Below, in pieces: positions 45,138 to 55,022 of a stretch of 64,000 bases of DNA. Position numbers and translations under genes: made by a program. The notes below the pieces were generated by a model. That model searched no databases. It was not told the origin of the DNA and saw only the letters and a list, made by a program, of their open reading frames with translations. This DNA comes from a virus (taxonomy: Duplodnaviria > Caudoviricetes), in the IMG/VR virus record IMGVR_UViG_3300027708_000013. One strand, written 5' to 3'. Numbering within the stretch: the stretch's first letter is position 1; every line of letters starts with the position of its first letter.

Positions 45138-46469
45138 ATGGCGTATAGCTTAACAAAAACAAACGGATCTACTTTAATAAATTTAGCTGATGGTGTAGCC
45201 AACGGACCAGACATCGATGCCAACGCTGCTGTGGCCAGTGTCAATTTAATTGGAAAAAACAAAGCCAGTTATGGATTTTACCTAAACGAAAATTTCATAA
45301 AATTATTGGAAAATTTTGCCTACAGTACTGCACCTGTTAGCCCAACCACTGGACAAATTTGGTGGGATACTTCAAACGCTGTGTTAAAAGTTTATAATGG
45401 CACAGCTTGGAAAGAAATAGCACATTCTGCTCCGGGTAGCACCAGTCCAAGTAATGCCATAGCCGGAGATCTTTGGTGGAATACCACTGCCAGTACATTA
45501 AATGTTTACAGCGGAACTGCCTGGATTACCATCGGCCCGGCTATTCCTCCAGGTTCAGCTGTGACACAATTTGTAAACAATCAATTAACAGACCCACTTT
45601 CAGCAATACACAATGTGGGTAACCTTGTGGTCAACAACAAACTTGCTGCAGTGGTTAGTACAGAGTCAACCTCATTCACTGTGTCAACGCCAGTATTGGG
45701 TCAAACTACAATAGCACCAGGATTTACCATAGCCAATAATGTTACCATTGGAGGTAGTATTTCTGGACAAGGGTTGGCAATAACCGGCACCGCAACTTTA
45801 AATGGTTCGCCCATTGCCACTGTCAGCAACAGCGGAGTTGCTAGTTTTGCAGCCATCAACTCCACCCCAATTGGCAATGCTGTGCCCAGCACAGGAGCAT
45901 TTACAACTTTAACCAGTGGCAGTTTCAATGGTATTGTTGGCAATGCAACTCCGGCCGCGGGTGCATTTACCACAGTTACCACCGCAGGCAACATAACTCC
46001 TACAGCTAATTTAACATACAATTTAGGTTCAACCACAGCCTGGTGGAACAACATTTATGGCACAGCAATACACGCACAATACGCTGACTTAGCTGAACGT
46101 TTTGCCGCAGATCAGCCCATGACAGCGGGCACAGTGGTGGCATTGGGTGGCTCGGCAGAAATTACAGTAGTTGATCAAGAATTAAGTGAAAGTGTGTTTG
46201 GAGTCATAAGTACTAAAGCAGCTTACTTAATGAATTCTGGAGCTGGGTCAAACGAAACACATCCTCCTGTGGCAGTACAAGGTCGTGTTCCTGTTCAAGT
46301 AACCGGTGTTGTACGCAAAGGTGATAGATTAGTTTCAGCAGGAAACGGTAGGGCAAGAGCCGGTGCACGTAATGAAATTACCGCATGGAATGTAATTGGG
46401 CGAGCATTGGAAGATAAACTAGATTCGGGATCAGGCACAATCGAAGCTGTGGTAAAACTAAATTCGTAA
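45138..46469 (+). CDS. Tail fibre-like protein, paralog B, with C-terminal chaperone/auto-processing-like domain
   Basis: Same N-terminal module as 41994 (LIGKN..YG...NENFIKLLENFAY...GQIWWDT); C-terminal YADLAERF...GTVVALGG...GVISTKAAYLMN...GRVPV...KGDRLVS. Confidence 0.7.
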   Translation: MAYSLTKTNGSTLINLADGVANGPDIDANAAVASVNLIGKNKASYGFYLNENFIKLLENFAYSTAPVSPTTGQIWWDTSNAVLKVYNGTAWKEIAHSAPGSTSPSNAIAGDLWWNTTASTLNVYSGTAWITIGPAIPPGSAVTQFVNNQLTDPLSAIHNVGNLVVNNKLAAVVSTESTSFTVSTPVLGQTTIAPGFTIANNVTIGGSISGQGLAITGTATLNGSPIATVSNSGVASFAAINSTPIGNAVPSTGAFTTLTSGSFNGIVGNATPAAGAFTTVTTAGNITPTANLTYNLGSTTAWWNNIYGTAIHAQYADLAERFAADQPMTAGTVVALGGSAEITVVDQELSESVFGVISTKAAYLMNSGAGSNETHPPVAVQGRVPVQVTGVVRKGDRLVSAGNGRARAGARNEITAWNVIGRALEDKLDSGSGTIEAVVKLNS

Positions 46470-46478
46470 GGAATAAAA

Positions 46479-47375
46479 ATGTCGTATGCACAAGGTGGCT
46501 TGATTGAAGCCTCGGATTATAATAACTTTTTAAATGGCTCAAACCAATTAAACACTGTTTGGAGCACAGGATCAGGAGCCGTTGGCTATGGTCAAACTGC
46601 ATTATCCACTGTTAGTCAAAGCGGAACAGTGACAGCTACTCAGTGGGCTACGATGATCAACACATTAAACAACGTGAGAAATCATCAAAGTGGAGTTGGA
46701 TCGGGCATTAGTGCCACCACTGCTGGCTCTACCATCAACTATCTGAGTACCTTGGCAACTCAAATCAACACCACTTACACCAATGCTGCTTTGTATGCCA
46801 CACAGGGAACCACAGTGACTGGATCAACATTTACTCTAGGTGTTTCAAGTACCACAGGTGTTAATACTGGTTTTAGTCGAGGTGTAACTTTTTCCAGTGT
46901 TCAAGCTGCTAGATACTTTTTCAATGCCGGCGGACAGCTGACTTTGGTTCTGGGCACCAACAGCAGCAATGGATCAGGTTCCAGTTCAAGCCTGGCAAGA
47001 TTAATCACAGGACTGGGCGGAGTCACAGTGAGAAACACAACCAATACTGGACGTTCAGGTTCGGGTATTACATTAAATACCAATAACACTGCATTTGGAT
47101 ACAGAAATCAAGGAACTTCTAATACAAATATTATATCTGTAACTGACACAACAGCAGCCTACACTGCCGATGCTGCATCAATTGGCTTGTACACTCCTAC
47201 CATCGATACAACCTCTGGAGCCAATGGTAGCCAGGTTTATTTTTATATTAGTTACTTAGTAGCGGACCACACTTGGGACGACACAATAAGTCTCAATATA
47301 ACCAGTAGAGTAGACATCACACCCCCAGAATCCACATATTTATCCAATGTGTGGGGCACTCCCACCATATCCTAA
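46479..47375 (+). CDS. Putative virion structural protein
   Basis: Ser/Thr/Gly-rich; GYGQ, VTATQW..MINTL, ARYFFNAGG motifs; last gene of the late unit. Confidence 0.55.
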   Translation: MSYAQGGLIEASDYNNFLNGSNQLNTVWSTGSGAVGYGQTALSTVSQSGTVTATQWATMINTLNNVRNHQSGVGSGISATTAGSTINYLSTLATQINTTYTNAALYATQGTTVTGSTFTLGVSSTTGVNTGFSRGVTFSSVQAARYFFNAGGQLTLVLGTNSSNGSGSSSSLARLITGLGGVTVRNTTNTGRSGSGITLNTNNTAFGYRNQGTSNTNIISVTDTTAAYTADAASIGLYTPTIDTTSGANGSQVYFYISYLVADHTWDDTISLNITSRVDITPPESTYLSNVWGTPTIS

Positions 47376-47377
47376 TT

Positions 47378-47400
47378 CAATCAACCAATAGTGTTGATTG
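47378..47400 (+). terminator. 8-bp hairpin after the tail module
   Basis: CAATCAAC (47378-47385), 7-nt loop, GTTGATTG (47393-47400); only a weak T-tract follows. Confidence 0.4.
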
Positions 47401-47422
47401 GATTGGCTTTTAATGTTACAAT
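47394..47422 (+). promoter_or_regulatory. Sigma70-type promoter with extended -10
   Basis: TTGATT (47394-47399), 17 nt, TG-T-TACAAT (-10 at 47417-47422). Confidence 0.7.
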
Positions 47423-47428
47423 AGCAAT

Positions 47429-47743
47429 ATGACTGAACTAGAAAAACTCACTGCCGAAATACGCAGAGCCACCGATTATCACGTTAACAAAACAATACTG
47501 AGAGAAAAAATCCAAACAGATTTGCACGTGGCATACAACGGTGGATTATTTAAAGTTACACAAGAACTGTTGGCATTTGTTGCCACTTATCGTGCTGATA
47601 CCTTGTACATAGAAGATACATATCATAATCCAATCGAAGTTGACCGCGATGAGTTTCGTACTATTTGCGAACAGCACTATCAACAAGCAATGAATACCTG
47701 GCACCAACAACATGCAGAAATTAAACAACTTAGAAAAATCTAA
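47429..47743 (+). CDS. Hypothetical protein (104 aa)
   Basis: Clean ORF directly after the promoter, overlapping the next gene. Confidence 0.75.
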   Translation: MTELEKLTAEIRRATDYHVNKTILREKIQTDLHVAYNGGLFKVTQELLAFVATYRADTLYIEDTYHNPIEVDRDEFRTICEQHYQQAMNTWHQQHAEIKQLRKI

Positions 47744-48536
47744 GGGTGTTGTAGTATTTGCATTTAACACAGCTACAGTTGATTATGTTGCCATAGCAGA
47801 TCAAACTAGTAGATTAACTGCACATCATTTACAATTACCCATCACATTGATCACTGACCACGCCGCTGAACCCAAATTTGCATACGATGAAATCATAAGA
47901 GTCGACACCATCGGTGGCAATGTTCGCAACGACTTAAACAATCAACCAGTGGAATGGCGTAACTTTGGTAGATACCTGGCATACCAACTATCGCCCTATG
48001 ATGAAACAGTATTGCTGGATACAGATTATCTAGTACTGGACCACAGCATATTGAAACTGTGGGCCACGGAGTTTGATTACAAATTGATGCATGATAATCG
48101 AACAGCAAAGGGTATAGACACTAGCACCATGGGAGTGAATTCCTTGCCATTTGTTTGGGCCACTGTGGCGTTATTTAGACGCAGTGAACGTGCTCGATTG
48201 TTTTTCGATTTAATTGGTCGTGTGCAAAGAAACTATTCCTACTATAAAAGTTTGTACAGTATACACGAAACAAGTTACAGAAATGATTATGCTTTTGCCA
48301 TAGCCAATATAATATTGAACGGGTACACAGTGAATGCATCGCAAGGCATACCCTGGAGCATGTTTACTGTTGATCAAAAGATAGAACGGATGGCAATGAT
48401 AAATTCGCAAATTAGAATTTATCATCAGGCCACGGCAATAGTTGTACCCCGGCAATGCATACACGTGATGGATAAAGAATATTTACAAAGCGATAATTTT
48501 CAACAACTGGTAGAGGCAATAATTGAGTCAGCATAA
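47712..48536 (+). CDS. GT-A fold glycosyltransferase-like protein
   Basis: AYQLSPYDETVLLDTDYLV (DxD), WATVALF, YRNDYAFAIA, HVMDK; GT8-like layout. Confidence 0.7.
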   Translation: MQKLNNLEKSKGVVVFAFNTATVDYVAIADQTSRLTAHHLQLPITLITDHAAEPKFAYDEIIRVDTIGGNVRNDLNNQPVEWRNFGRYLAYQLSPYDETVLLDTDYLVLDHSILKLWATEFDYKLMHDNRTAKGIDTSTMGVNSLPFVWATVALFRRSERARLFFDLIGRVQRNYSYYKSLYSIHETSYRNDYAFAIANIILNGYTVNASQGIPWSMFTVDQKIERMAMINSQIRIYHQATAIVVPRQCIHVMDKEYLQSDNFQQLVEAIIESA

Positions 48537-49368
48537 AGAACCGCAAGGGTTCGTTACCTTTGCACAAAATACTGAAGAAGTGAATTACCTAGAACTGGCT
48601 TACTTGCAGTGCTTGAATGTCAAAGCCACGCAAAAGAACAACAGTTATGCTGTCATAGTGGACGCTGAAACTCGTGCTCTGGTAGAAGATCGCCATACCA
48701 AAACGTTTGATTACATCATTGATTTACCTGTGGATCACAACACCACCACTGCTAGATTTGCCAACGAGTATCAAGTGTTTGCTCTTACTCCGTTTAAAGA
48801 AACTGTCAAGTTGGAAAGCGATCTGTTGTTTACGCGAAGCATAGATCACTGGTGGACAGCATTTAGATTACGCGATGTTTGTCTCAGCACTGGTGCTAAA
48901 AATTATCGCGGCATACTATCCGGTGTAAGAAAATACCGACAGTTGTTTGATGAAAATAATTTACCCGATGTGTACAACGGTTTGATGTATTTTAGATATT
49001 CAAGACAGGCAGCGGATTTTTTCAACACAGCTGGTTTGATTTCACAGTGTTGGGATCTGTATCAAGAGCAATTGAAGAACTGTGCAGAAGAAACTCCCAG
49101 CACAGATGTGATATATGCCATTGCCGCATTGACAGTGGGCACAGATGCAGTTACTATGCCCAGTATGGACTTTATAAATTTTGTACACATGAAGTCAGGC
49201 TTCAACGGCTGGAGCGACACACAGAGTTGGTTGGACACAGTGGTGCATGAACGTGATGGCAATGTTGTACGTATCAACAACTTGAATCAATATCATCCAG
49301 TACACTACCATGACAAAACCTATGCCACCCAAGAGTTAACGGAATATTATGAATCAAGACGAACGTGA
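48523..49368 (+). CDS. GT-A fold glycosyltransferase-like protein (paralog of the upstream gene)
   Basis: FALTPFKETVKLESDLLF, DVYNGLMYF, STDVIYAIA, FVHMK, HYHDK. Confidence 0.65.
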   Translation: MSQHKEPQGFVTFAQNTEEVNYLELAYLQCLNVKATQKNNSYAVIVDAETRALVEDRHTKTFDYIIDLPVDHNTTTARFANEYQVFALTPFKETVKLESDLLFTRSIDHWWTAFRLRDVCLSTGAKNYRGILSGVRKYRQLFDENNLPDVYNGLMYFRYSRQAADFFNTAGLISQCWDLYQEQLKNCAEETPSTDVIYAIAALTVGTDAVTMPSMDFINFVHMKSGFNGWSDTQSWLDTVVHERDGNVVRINNLNQYHPVHYHDKTYATQELTEYYESRRT

Positions 49369-49708
49369 TTTTTGGGCACAAGTTGAAAGCCTGATCATCC
49401 CCATTCCTAAAGTTGAAATAGAATATAGATTGCACTACAATGAATTGGGCGAGATTGTTATGTGTAGTATGGCAGACCACCCTGAATCAAACCACTATGT
49501 TGTGGTATCAAAAGACAAATATGAACGATACTTTGATTATCGCATAGTTAAAGGACAATTAATAAAGATTGACCAAGCCAGCATTTATAGTGTAAAATTA
49601 ACTAAATCCAATACAGGCTACCGAACAGTAAAAAATCACGCTGGATTAATTATAGAGACTGGCGAATCATACTCGGAAACAGAATATTATGACCACAGAA
49701 ATCATTGA
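49349..49708 (+). CDS. Hypothetical protein (119 aa)
   Basis: Translationally coupled ORF within the operon. Confidence 0.7.
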   Translation: MNQDERDFWAQVESLIIPIPKVEIEYRLHYNELGEIVMCSMADHPESNHYVVVSKDKYERYFDYRIVKGQLIKIDQASIYSVKLTKSNTGYRTVKNHAGLIIETGESYSETEYYDHRNH

Positions 49709-50585
49709 CGTTGCAGATTTAGATTGCATCTTTTTAACCTACAATGAACCCAATCGAGAAATCAATTGGATTAGAGTACAAAACATGGTGCCTTGGGCCA
49801 AGCGAGTAGATGGAGTCAAAGGATCGGATGCTGCACACAAGGCAGCGGCAGCGGCCAGTGACACTGATCGCTTTGTATTAATTGATGGTGACAACATTCC
49901 TGACCCTGAATTTTTTAATCTACAACTAGAGCTAGACGATACCAATCGTGACTGTGTATTTAGATGGCGGGCTAAAAATCACATAAATGGATTGATGTAT
50001 GGCAACGGTGGTGTCAGCTGTTGGACTCGAGAATTTATATACAACATGCGTACCCACGAAGCCACGGATGGTTCTGCAGAGAATGATGTAGAGTTTTGTT
50101 TTTATCCTAATTACTGGGCCATGCACGATTGTTATTCGACTACCTATCCCAATGCCACACCTGAACAGGCATGGCGAGCTGGATTCCGCGAAGGTGTCAA
50201 GATGTGTTTGGATCGTGGCGCAAGGCCCAACATGCCCGAATTTGAAAGACGTGTACACAATCGCAACTATGATCATTTATGCATTTGGCAAACTGTGGGC
50301 GCCGATGTCGAAAACGGATCATGGGCAATATACGGAGCAAGACTTGGCACATACATGACCATGATAGAAAAGTGGAACTATCGAGATGTACAAGACTTTG
50401 ATGTATTGGCAAGATTATGGCAAAGTTTTAAACAAGACGGCCCAGATCAATGTGCCAGTGTGGGAGAAACCTTACGCACACGCTTGGGATTGCCTATTGT
50501 AGACATGTCGGCTGATGCCAGTAGATTCTTCAAACATCATTACAAATCGCAGTTTAGAAATACTGGTCCCATGGCAAGAGAATGA
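49689..50585 (+). CDS. GT-A fold glycosyltransferase-like protein
   Basis: IFLTYNEP, VDGVKGSDAAHKAAA, FVLIDGDN (DxD), NGLMYGNGG, AWRAGFREGVKM. Confidence 0.65.
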   Translation: MTTEIIDVADLDCIFLTYNEPNREINWIRVQNMVPWAKRVDGVKGSDAAHKAAAAASDTDRFVLIDGDNIPDPEFFNLQLELDDTNRDCVFRWRAKNHINGLMYGNGGVSCWTREFIYNMRTHEATDGSAENDVEFCFYPNYWAMHDCYSTTYPNATPEQAWRAGFREGVKMCLDRGARPNMPEFERRVHNRNYDHLCIWQTVGADVENGSWAIYGARLGTYMTMIEKWNYRDVQDFDVLARLWQSFKQDGPDQCASVGETLRTRLGLPIVDMSADASRFFKHHYKSQFRNTGPMARE

Positions 50586-50635
50586 TAAATTTAACAAATA
50601 GAGCCGGTGGTGGTTTAATTAAAGGATTTACATAA

Positions 50636-51355
50636 ATGAATTTACTTATTAATGGAGGTTCGATTAGTCGTGGACCCACTAGCTGGCCGTACGCCATACA
50701 AAAAAAATTTAATAGTAATATTGTAAACCTATCACAAGCTGGTGCCGGTAATACTTATCTACACGAAACAACAATATCAGAGTTAGCACAAAGAACATAC
50801 GATTTAGTTATTGTACAGTGGGTACCTTTTATACGTATTGATTATAAAGTGCAAAATATTGAATTATTTAATAATACAATATTTACATCAAATTATCAAT
50901 ACAAACAGAATGACTGGCCTGGTAAAATAATTTATCCGATTAATGATCAAGATTATGTAGAAAAAGATTGGATCTTTGGTTGCGGATATGCTGTTAATCA
51001 AGACAGAGATCCAAATATAGTCAAGGTATTTGAAAATTATTATCAATATATTGGGTCATCAGAGCAAACATATCATTTATTAATAAAAATGATCTCCCTA
51101 CAAAGTTATTTAAAAGCAAACTCAATTCCTTATTTGTTTTGTTTTGGTAGAAAATTTAAAACATTTGACAGACATAGGCATTTGTTTAATCAACTTGACA
51201 TGAACCATATGTATGTCGATCAATTTTTACTTGATATTGCAGAAAACAACAACATGTGGGATGTCACCGATCAGTCCCACCCTAGCCCAGAAGCATATGA
51301 AATATACGCAAACTTATTGATAGAAAAAATCCAAGGACTGATGATACGCGAATGA
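50636..51355 (+). CDS. SGNH hydrolase-like protein
   Basis: NGGSIS, GAGNTYL, VIVQW and C-terminal SHPSPEAY. Confidence 0.6.
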   Translation: MNLLINGGSISRGPTSWPYAIQKKFNSNIVNLSQAGAGNTYLHETTISELAQRTYDLVIVQWVPFIRIDYKVQNIELFNNTIFTSNYQYKQNDWPGKIIYPINDQDYVEKDWIFGCGYAVNQDRDPNIVKVFENYYQYIGSSEQTYHLLIKMISLQSYLKANSIPYLFCFGRKFKTFDRHRHLFNQLDMNHMYVDQFLLDIAENNNMWDVTDQSHPSPEAYEIYANLLIEKIQGLMIRE

Positions 51356-52299
51356 AATTTGTTATAATACCAGCTGATAATTTTATATGGAATCAATCGG
51401 AGTTAATGTCGTTCTTGGTGAACAATCAAGAGAAAGATATACTGTTGTCAGTTAATAGCGAAGGATGTTGCCTCAATGCTATTGGTGTATACAAAATTTT
51501 AGATTTATTTAAATTTAAATCAGTGACTATATTATCTAATAACATTTTTGAATCTCATAACACCTATAACATAGTTAATGCTCAATCTTACTTTAAATTT
51601 TTTCAGATTGAAAAAGAATACAAAGAGTATCATGTATGGAATAACTCTAAGCTGTTTGGAGCTCTGTACAATCGACCAATATGGCATCGAATTGGTATTG
51701 CAAGTCACTTGTATGCAAATCACAGGACAGTCAGCATGGTAAATTTTCGAGCCAACCCACATGATGAGGACAGTCGAACACTTTTTGAACTACAGTCCTT
51801 GTTTGAAACAGATCCTGCATCGGTTGAGAACTTTATACAAACATATAAAAAATTTCCCGCACTGCTGAAAGAATTTGACGACTATACTGTTGGAGCCACA
51901 ACAACGCAACACACCGACCAATTGTGCAAATTATACACTGAGTTTTTAATTGATATTGTAGCAGAAACATTCACCAGTGGTAAAACTTTTTTTGCTACTG
52001 AAAAAACAGTAAGACCAATATTGCTTAAAAAACCATTTATTATAATGGGCCCAAAGTGCTTTCTAATACATCTACGGCAAATGGGATTTAAAACATTTAA
52101 TGACTATTGGAGCGAAGATTACGATGGATATGAACCAAAACAAAAATACAAAATGATATTAGAATCGATAGATAATATAGCATCTAAATCACAGCAAGAA
52201 ATAAGTTCCATGTACGCAGACATGCAAGAAATATTGGAACACAATTATAATTTGCTAATCAATAAAAAATTTCTAACTAAATTGACCTATGTTGGATAA
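51352..52299 (+). CDS. GT-B-like glycosyltransferase-related protein
   Basis: DIVAETF...FATEKTVRPILLKKPFIIMG...LRQMGFKTF..YWSEDYD...HNY, resembling GT10/GT47-type C-terminal nucleotide-sugar binding regions. Confidence 0.55.
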   Translation: MKFVIIPADNFIWNQSELMSFLVNNQEKDILLSVNSEGCCLNAIGVYKILDLFKFKSVTILSNNIFESHNTYNIVNAQSYFKFFQIEKEYKEYHVWNNSKLFGALYNRPIWHRIGIASHLYANHRTVSMVNFRANPHDEDSRTLFELQSLFETDPASVENFIQTYKKFPALLKEFDDYTVGATTTQHTDQLCKLYTEFLIDIVAETFTSGKTFFATEKTVRPILLKKPFIIMGPKCFLIHLRQMGFKTFNDYWSEDYDGYEPKQKYKMILESIDNIASKSQQEISSMYADMQEILEHNYNLLINKKFLTKLTYVG

Positions 52300-53674
52300 A
52301 AGCGTATTCATGTCAGCAGCCGAAGAGATGCAAGCAAAACTTGGCAACTCACTCTGCTTGGCCAAATGGCAACAAGTGAGCCTACATCTTCCCACCGGTC
52401 TCAATAATTCGTGTTACCATCCACCATTGCATGCCATAGATGCTGATGCTGTAAAACTCAATCCCAGTGCATTACACAACACCGAACACAAGAAACAGCA
52501 ACGCATCATCATGTTGAAAAATGAACAACCTGCAGAGTGTAGTTACTGTTGGAACATAGAACGACATGATCAATTAAGCGACAGACATTATAGGTCAGGA
52601 GAACCGTGGGCCGCAGAACACTACGAAGCAATCAAAAACTCTCGAGGAGATGAAGATGTTGTACCCAGTTATGTGGAAGTTAATTTTAATCATGCTTGTA
52701 ACCTTGCTTGCAGTTATTGTAGTCCGCAGTTTAGTTCAACATGGCAAGCGGAAGTGGATCGATGGGGAGGGTACCCAACTACAACAATTCATAACGACCC
52801 TAGTCATTTTACTGGTCGTAATAGGCCAATCCCGGCCAGTCATGAAAATCCTTACGTAGAGGCATTTTGGTCATGGTGGCCAGAACTGTACCCCAAACTG
52901 CGACACTTTAGAATGACCGGTGGTGAACCATTGATGGACCGCAACACTTATCGGGTATTTGATTATGTGTTGGCCATGCCAAAACCAGATCTACATTTAA
53001 ATGTCACCAGCAACTTCAGCGTGGACCAGGCGTTGTTTGAACGATATTTGGACTATGTAAAACAGTTATGTGCAATACAGATAGAACATTTCATGCAGTA
53101 TGTCAGCTTGGATTCTGGCAACATCAAACATGCAGAATATATCAGGCATGGTCTCAACATGAATAGATTACATGAATATGTCAACAGATATTTGACAGAA
53201 GTGCCCCACCGTAACAGTCTGACATTCATTATCACCATGAATAATTTAAGTGTGCTGGGCCTACAACGTCAATTGCAATGGATACTGGATTTAAGAAAAC
53301 GTCACAGCACCACATATCAACGTGTTTGGTTTGATACTCCCTTGCTACGCACACCCACCTGGCAAAGCCTACAGATACTGCCACCTGTATACACAGGTGT
53401 GTTGGAACGTGTGTCCGACTGGATGGAACTGAACTTGGAAACAGAGGAAGATCCATTCCAAGGTTTTAAAGACTACGAAGTACAACGCCTACGCAGAGAC
53501 ATAGCATGGATGCAGGAAGGTTGCAAGTTAGACCCCGACTATGTTAAACTACAACGTGCAGACTTTTATCGGTTCTTCAATGAACACGACAAAAGGCGTC
53601 AAACAGATTTTTTAACTACTTTTCCCGAAATGCGTGAATTTTGGAAAGAATGTGAATACCATGCCAAGAATTGA
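52289..53674 (+). CDS. Radical SAM protein with N-terminal twitch/SPASM domain
   Basis: CLAKW...SCYHP...CSYCW; CNLACSYC; MTGGEP; VTSN; SLD. Confidence 0.92.
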   Translation: MLDKSVFMSAAEEMQAKLGNSLCLAKWQQVSLHLPTGLNNSCYHPPLHAIDADAVKLNPSALHNTEHKKQQRIIMLKNEQPAECSYCWNIERHDQLSDRHYRSGEPWAAEHYEAIKNSRGDEDVVPSYVEVNFNHACNLACSYCSPQFSSTWQAEVDRWGGYPTTTIHNDPSHFTGRNRPIPASHENPYVEAFWSWWPELYPKLRHFRMTGGEPLMDRNTYRVFDYVLAMPKPDLHLNVTSNFSVDQALFERYLDYVKQLCAIQIEHFMQYVSLDSGNIKHAEYIRHGLNMNRLHEYVNRYLTEVPHRNSLTFIITMNNLSVLGLQRQLQWILDLRKRHSTTYQRVWFDTPLLRTPTWQSLQILPPVYTGVLERVSDWMELNLETEEDPFQGFKDYEVQRLRRDIAWMQEGCKLDPDYVKLQRADFYRFFNEHDKRRQTDFLTTFPEMREFWKECEYHAKN

Positions 53675-55022
53675 CAATGAGACCGACTTAGAATACAAAA
53701 AAAGAGTAATTGACATCAAGAGCGAAAGCTTTTGTGCGGCCAAATGGTACAACGCCACCATATGGTTGGGATCAGGTCAAACCACCAGTTGTCATCATCC
53801 ATTACCACATGCCATAGATATCGACGAGATTCGAACCAATCCCAAGGCCATACACAACACACAACGGAAAAAAATGGAACGCGAACAGATGCAACGCGGA
53901 GAACGTCCCGCAGGTTGTGAGTACTGTTGGAAGATTGAAGACATCGGGCGAGACAACATAAGTGATAGAGTTTACAAAACAGTTATATATTCAGATGAGG
54001 ATTTGAGAAATGCATTCGCTAGGCCAGCCAGCACAGATGTGGATTTACAAACGCTTGAAATTGCTTTTGATCGCACATGCAATTTTGGGTGTAGTTACTG
54101 TAACCCTGCTTTCAGCAGCACTTGGGTTAAAGATATTGACACCATGGGTGCTTATACCGGCCTCACTTCAGACGGTAGGAATCATTACACTCATAATCAT
54201 GCAAGTAGTCAGCTTTATCGCTTTGGTGAAAGTAATCCTTACGTTGAAGCGTTCTTTGCATGGTGGGAGTCAGATCTCCATCGCACACTTCAGGAGCTTC
54301 GATTAACTGGTGGAGAGCCACTGATGTCGGGCGACACCTGGAGATTATTGGAATGGTTCAAGAACAACAACAGTCGAGTCAACCCTGACATGCGGTTTGC
54401 CATCAACAGCAATCTTGGCGCCAAACCAGAATTGATTGATCGACTTGTTGCGGCCGCCCACAGCATCAAGCATTTTCACCTGTACACCAGTAACGAAGCA
54501 ACAGGTGTACAAAGCGAATACATTCGTGATGGGCTGGTATGGGATACATGGACTGCCAATGTGGAACAGGTGTTGCGTGATGCTGACCTAGAAGGATTTC
54601 ACATTATGTGTACCATCAACGCATTATGCTTGGATAGTTTAACTGATTTTTTGGATCAATGCCTGGAGTGGAAAGACCTATGTGGCCGAGACTTCCCTAC
54701 ATTCTCACTAAATATATTACGCTTTCCAAGTTTTCAAAGTCCTTTAGTGTTGCCAGATGACATACGCAACGGCTATAAACTTAAATTACAAGCATGGTTC
54801 AACACAAATAAAAACAATCAGTTATTACATCAATTTGAAACCAATCAAGTACAACGCTTGATAGACTATTTAGATGTAGTCAAAACTCCGCATGTGGGTG
54901 CAGCAGAACAAAGCGTATTACAACAGGACTTTAAGAAATTTTATACACAATACGACCAACGCAGAGGCAAAAACTTTACAACAACATTTCCCAACCTAGC
55001 AGAATGGTATGACTCGTTCTAA
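53661..55022 (+). CDS. Radical SAM protein with N-terminal twitch/SPASM domain (tandem paralog)
   Basis: CAAKW...SCHHP...CEYCW; CNFGCSYC; LTGGEP; INSN. Start moved to ATG 53661. Confidence 0.92.
   Translation: MPRIDNETDLEYKKRVIDIKSESFCAAKWYNATIWLGSGQTTSCHHPLPHAIDIDEIRTNPKAIHNTQRKKMEREQMQRGERPAGCEYCWKIEDIGRDNISDRVYKTVIYSDEDLRNAFARPASTDVDLQTLEIAFDRTCNFGCSYCNPAFSSTWVKDIDTMGAYTGLTSDGRNHYTHNHASSQLYRFGESNPYVEAFFAWWESDLHRTLQELRLTGGEPLMSGDTWRLLEWFKNNNSRVNPDMRFAINSNLGAKPELIDRLVAAAHSIKHFHLYTSNEATGVQSEYIRDGLVWDTWTANVEQVLRDADLEGFHIMCTINALCLDSLTDFLDQCLEWKDLCGRDFPTFSLNILRFPSFQSPLVLPDDIRNGYKLKLQAWFNTNKNNQLLHQFETNQVQRLIDYLDVVKTPHVGAAEQSVLQQDFKKFYTQYDQRRGKNFTTTFPNLAEWYDSF

Noticed and set aside
39524-46469. 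Diversity-generating retroelement or invertible tail-fibre cassette
   Set aside because: No reverse transcriptase, invertase, template/variable repeat pair or flanking inverted repeats seen in this window.
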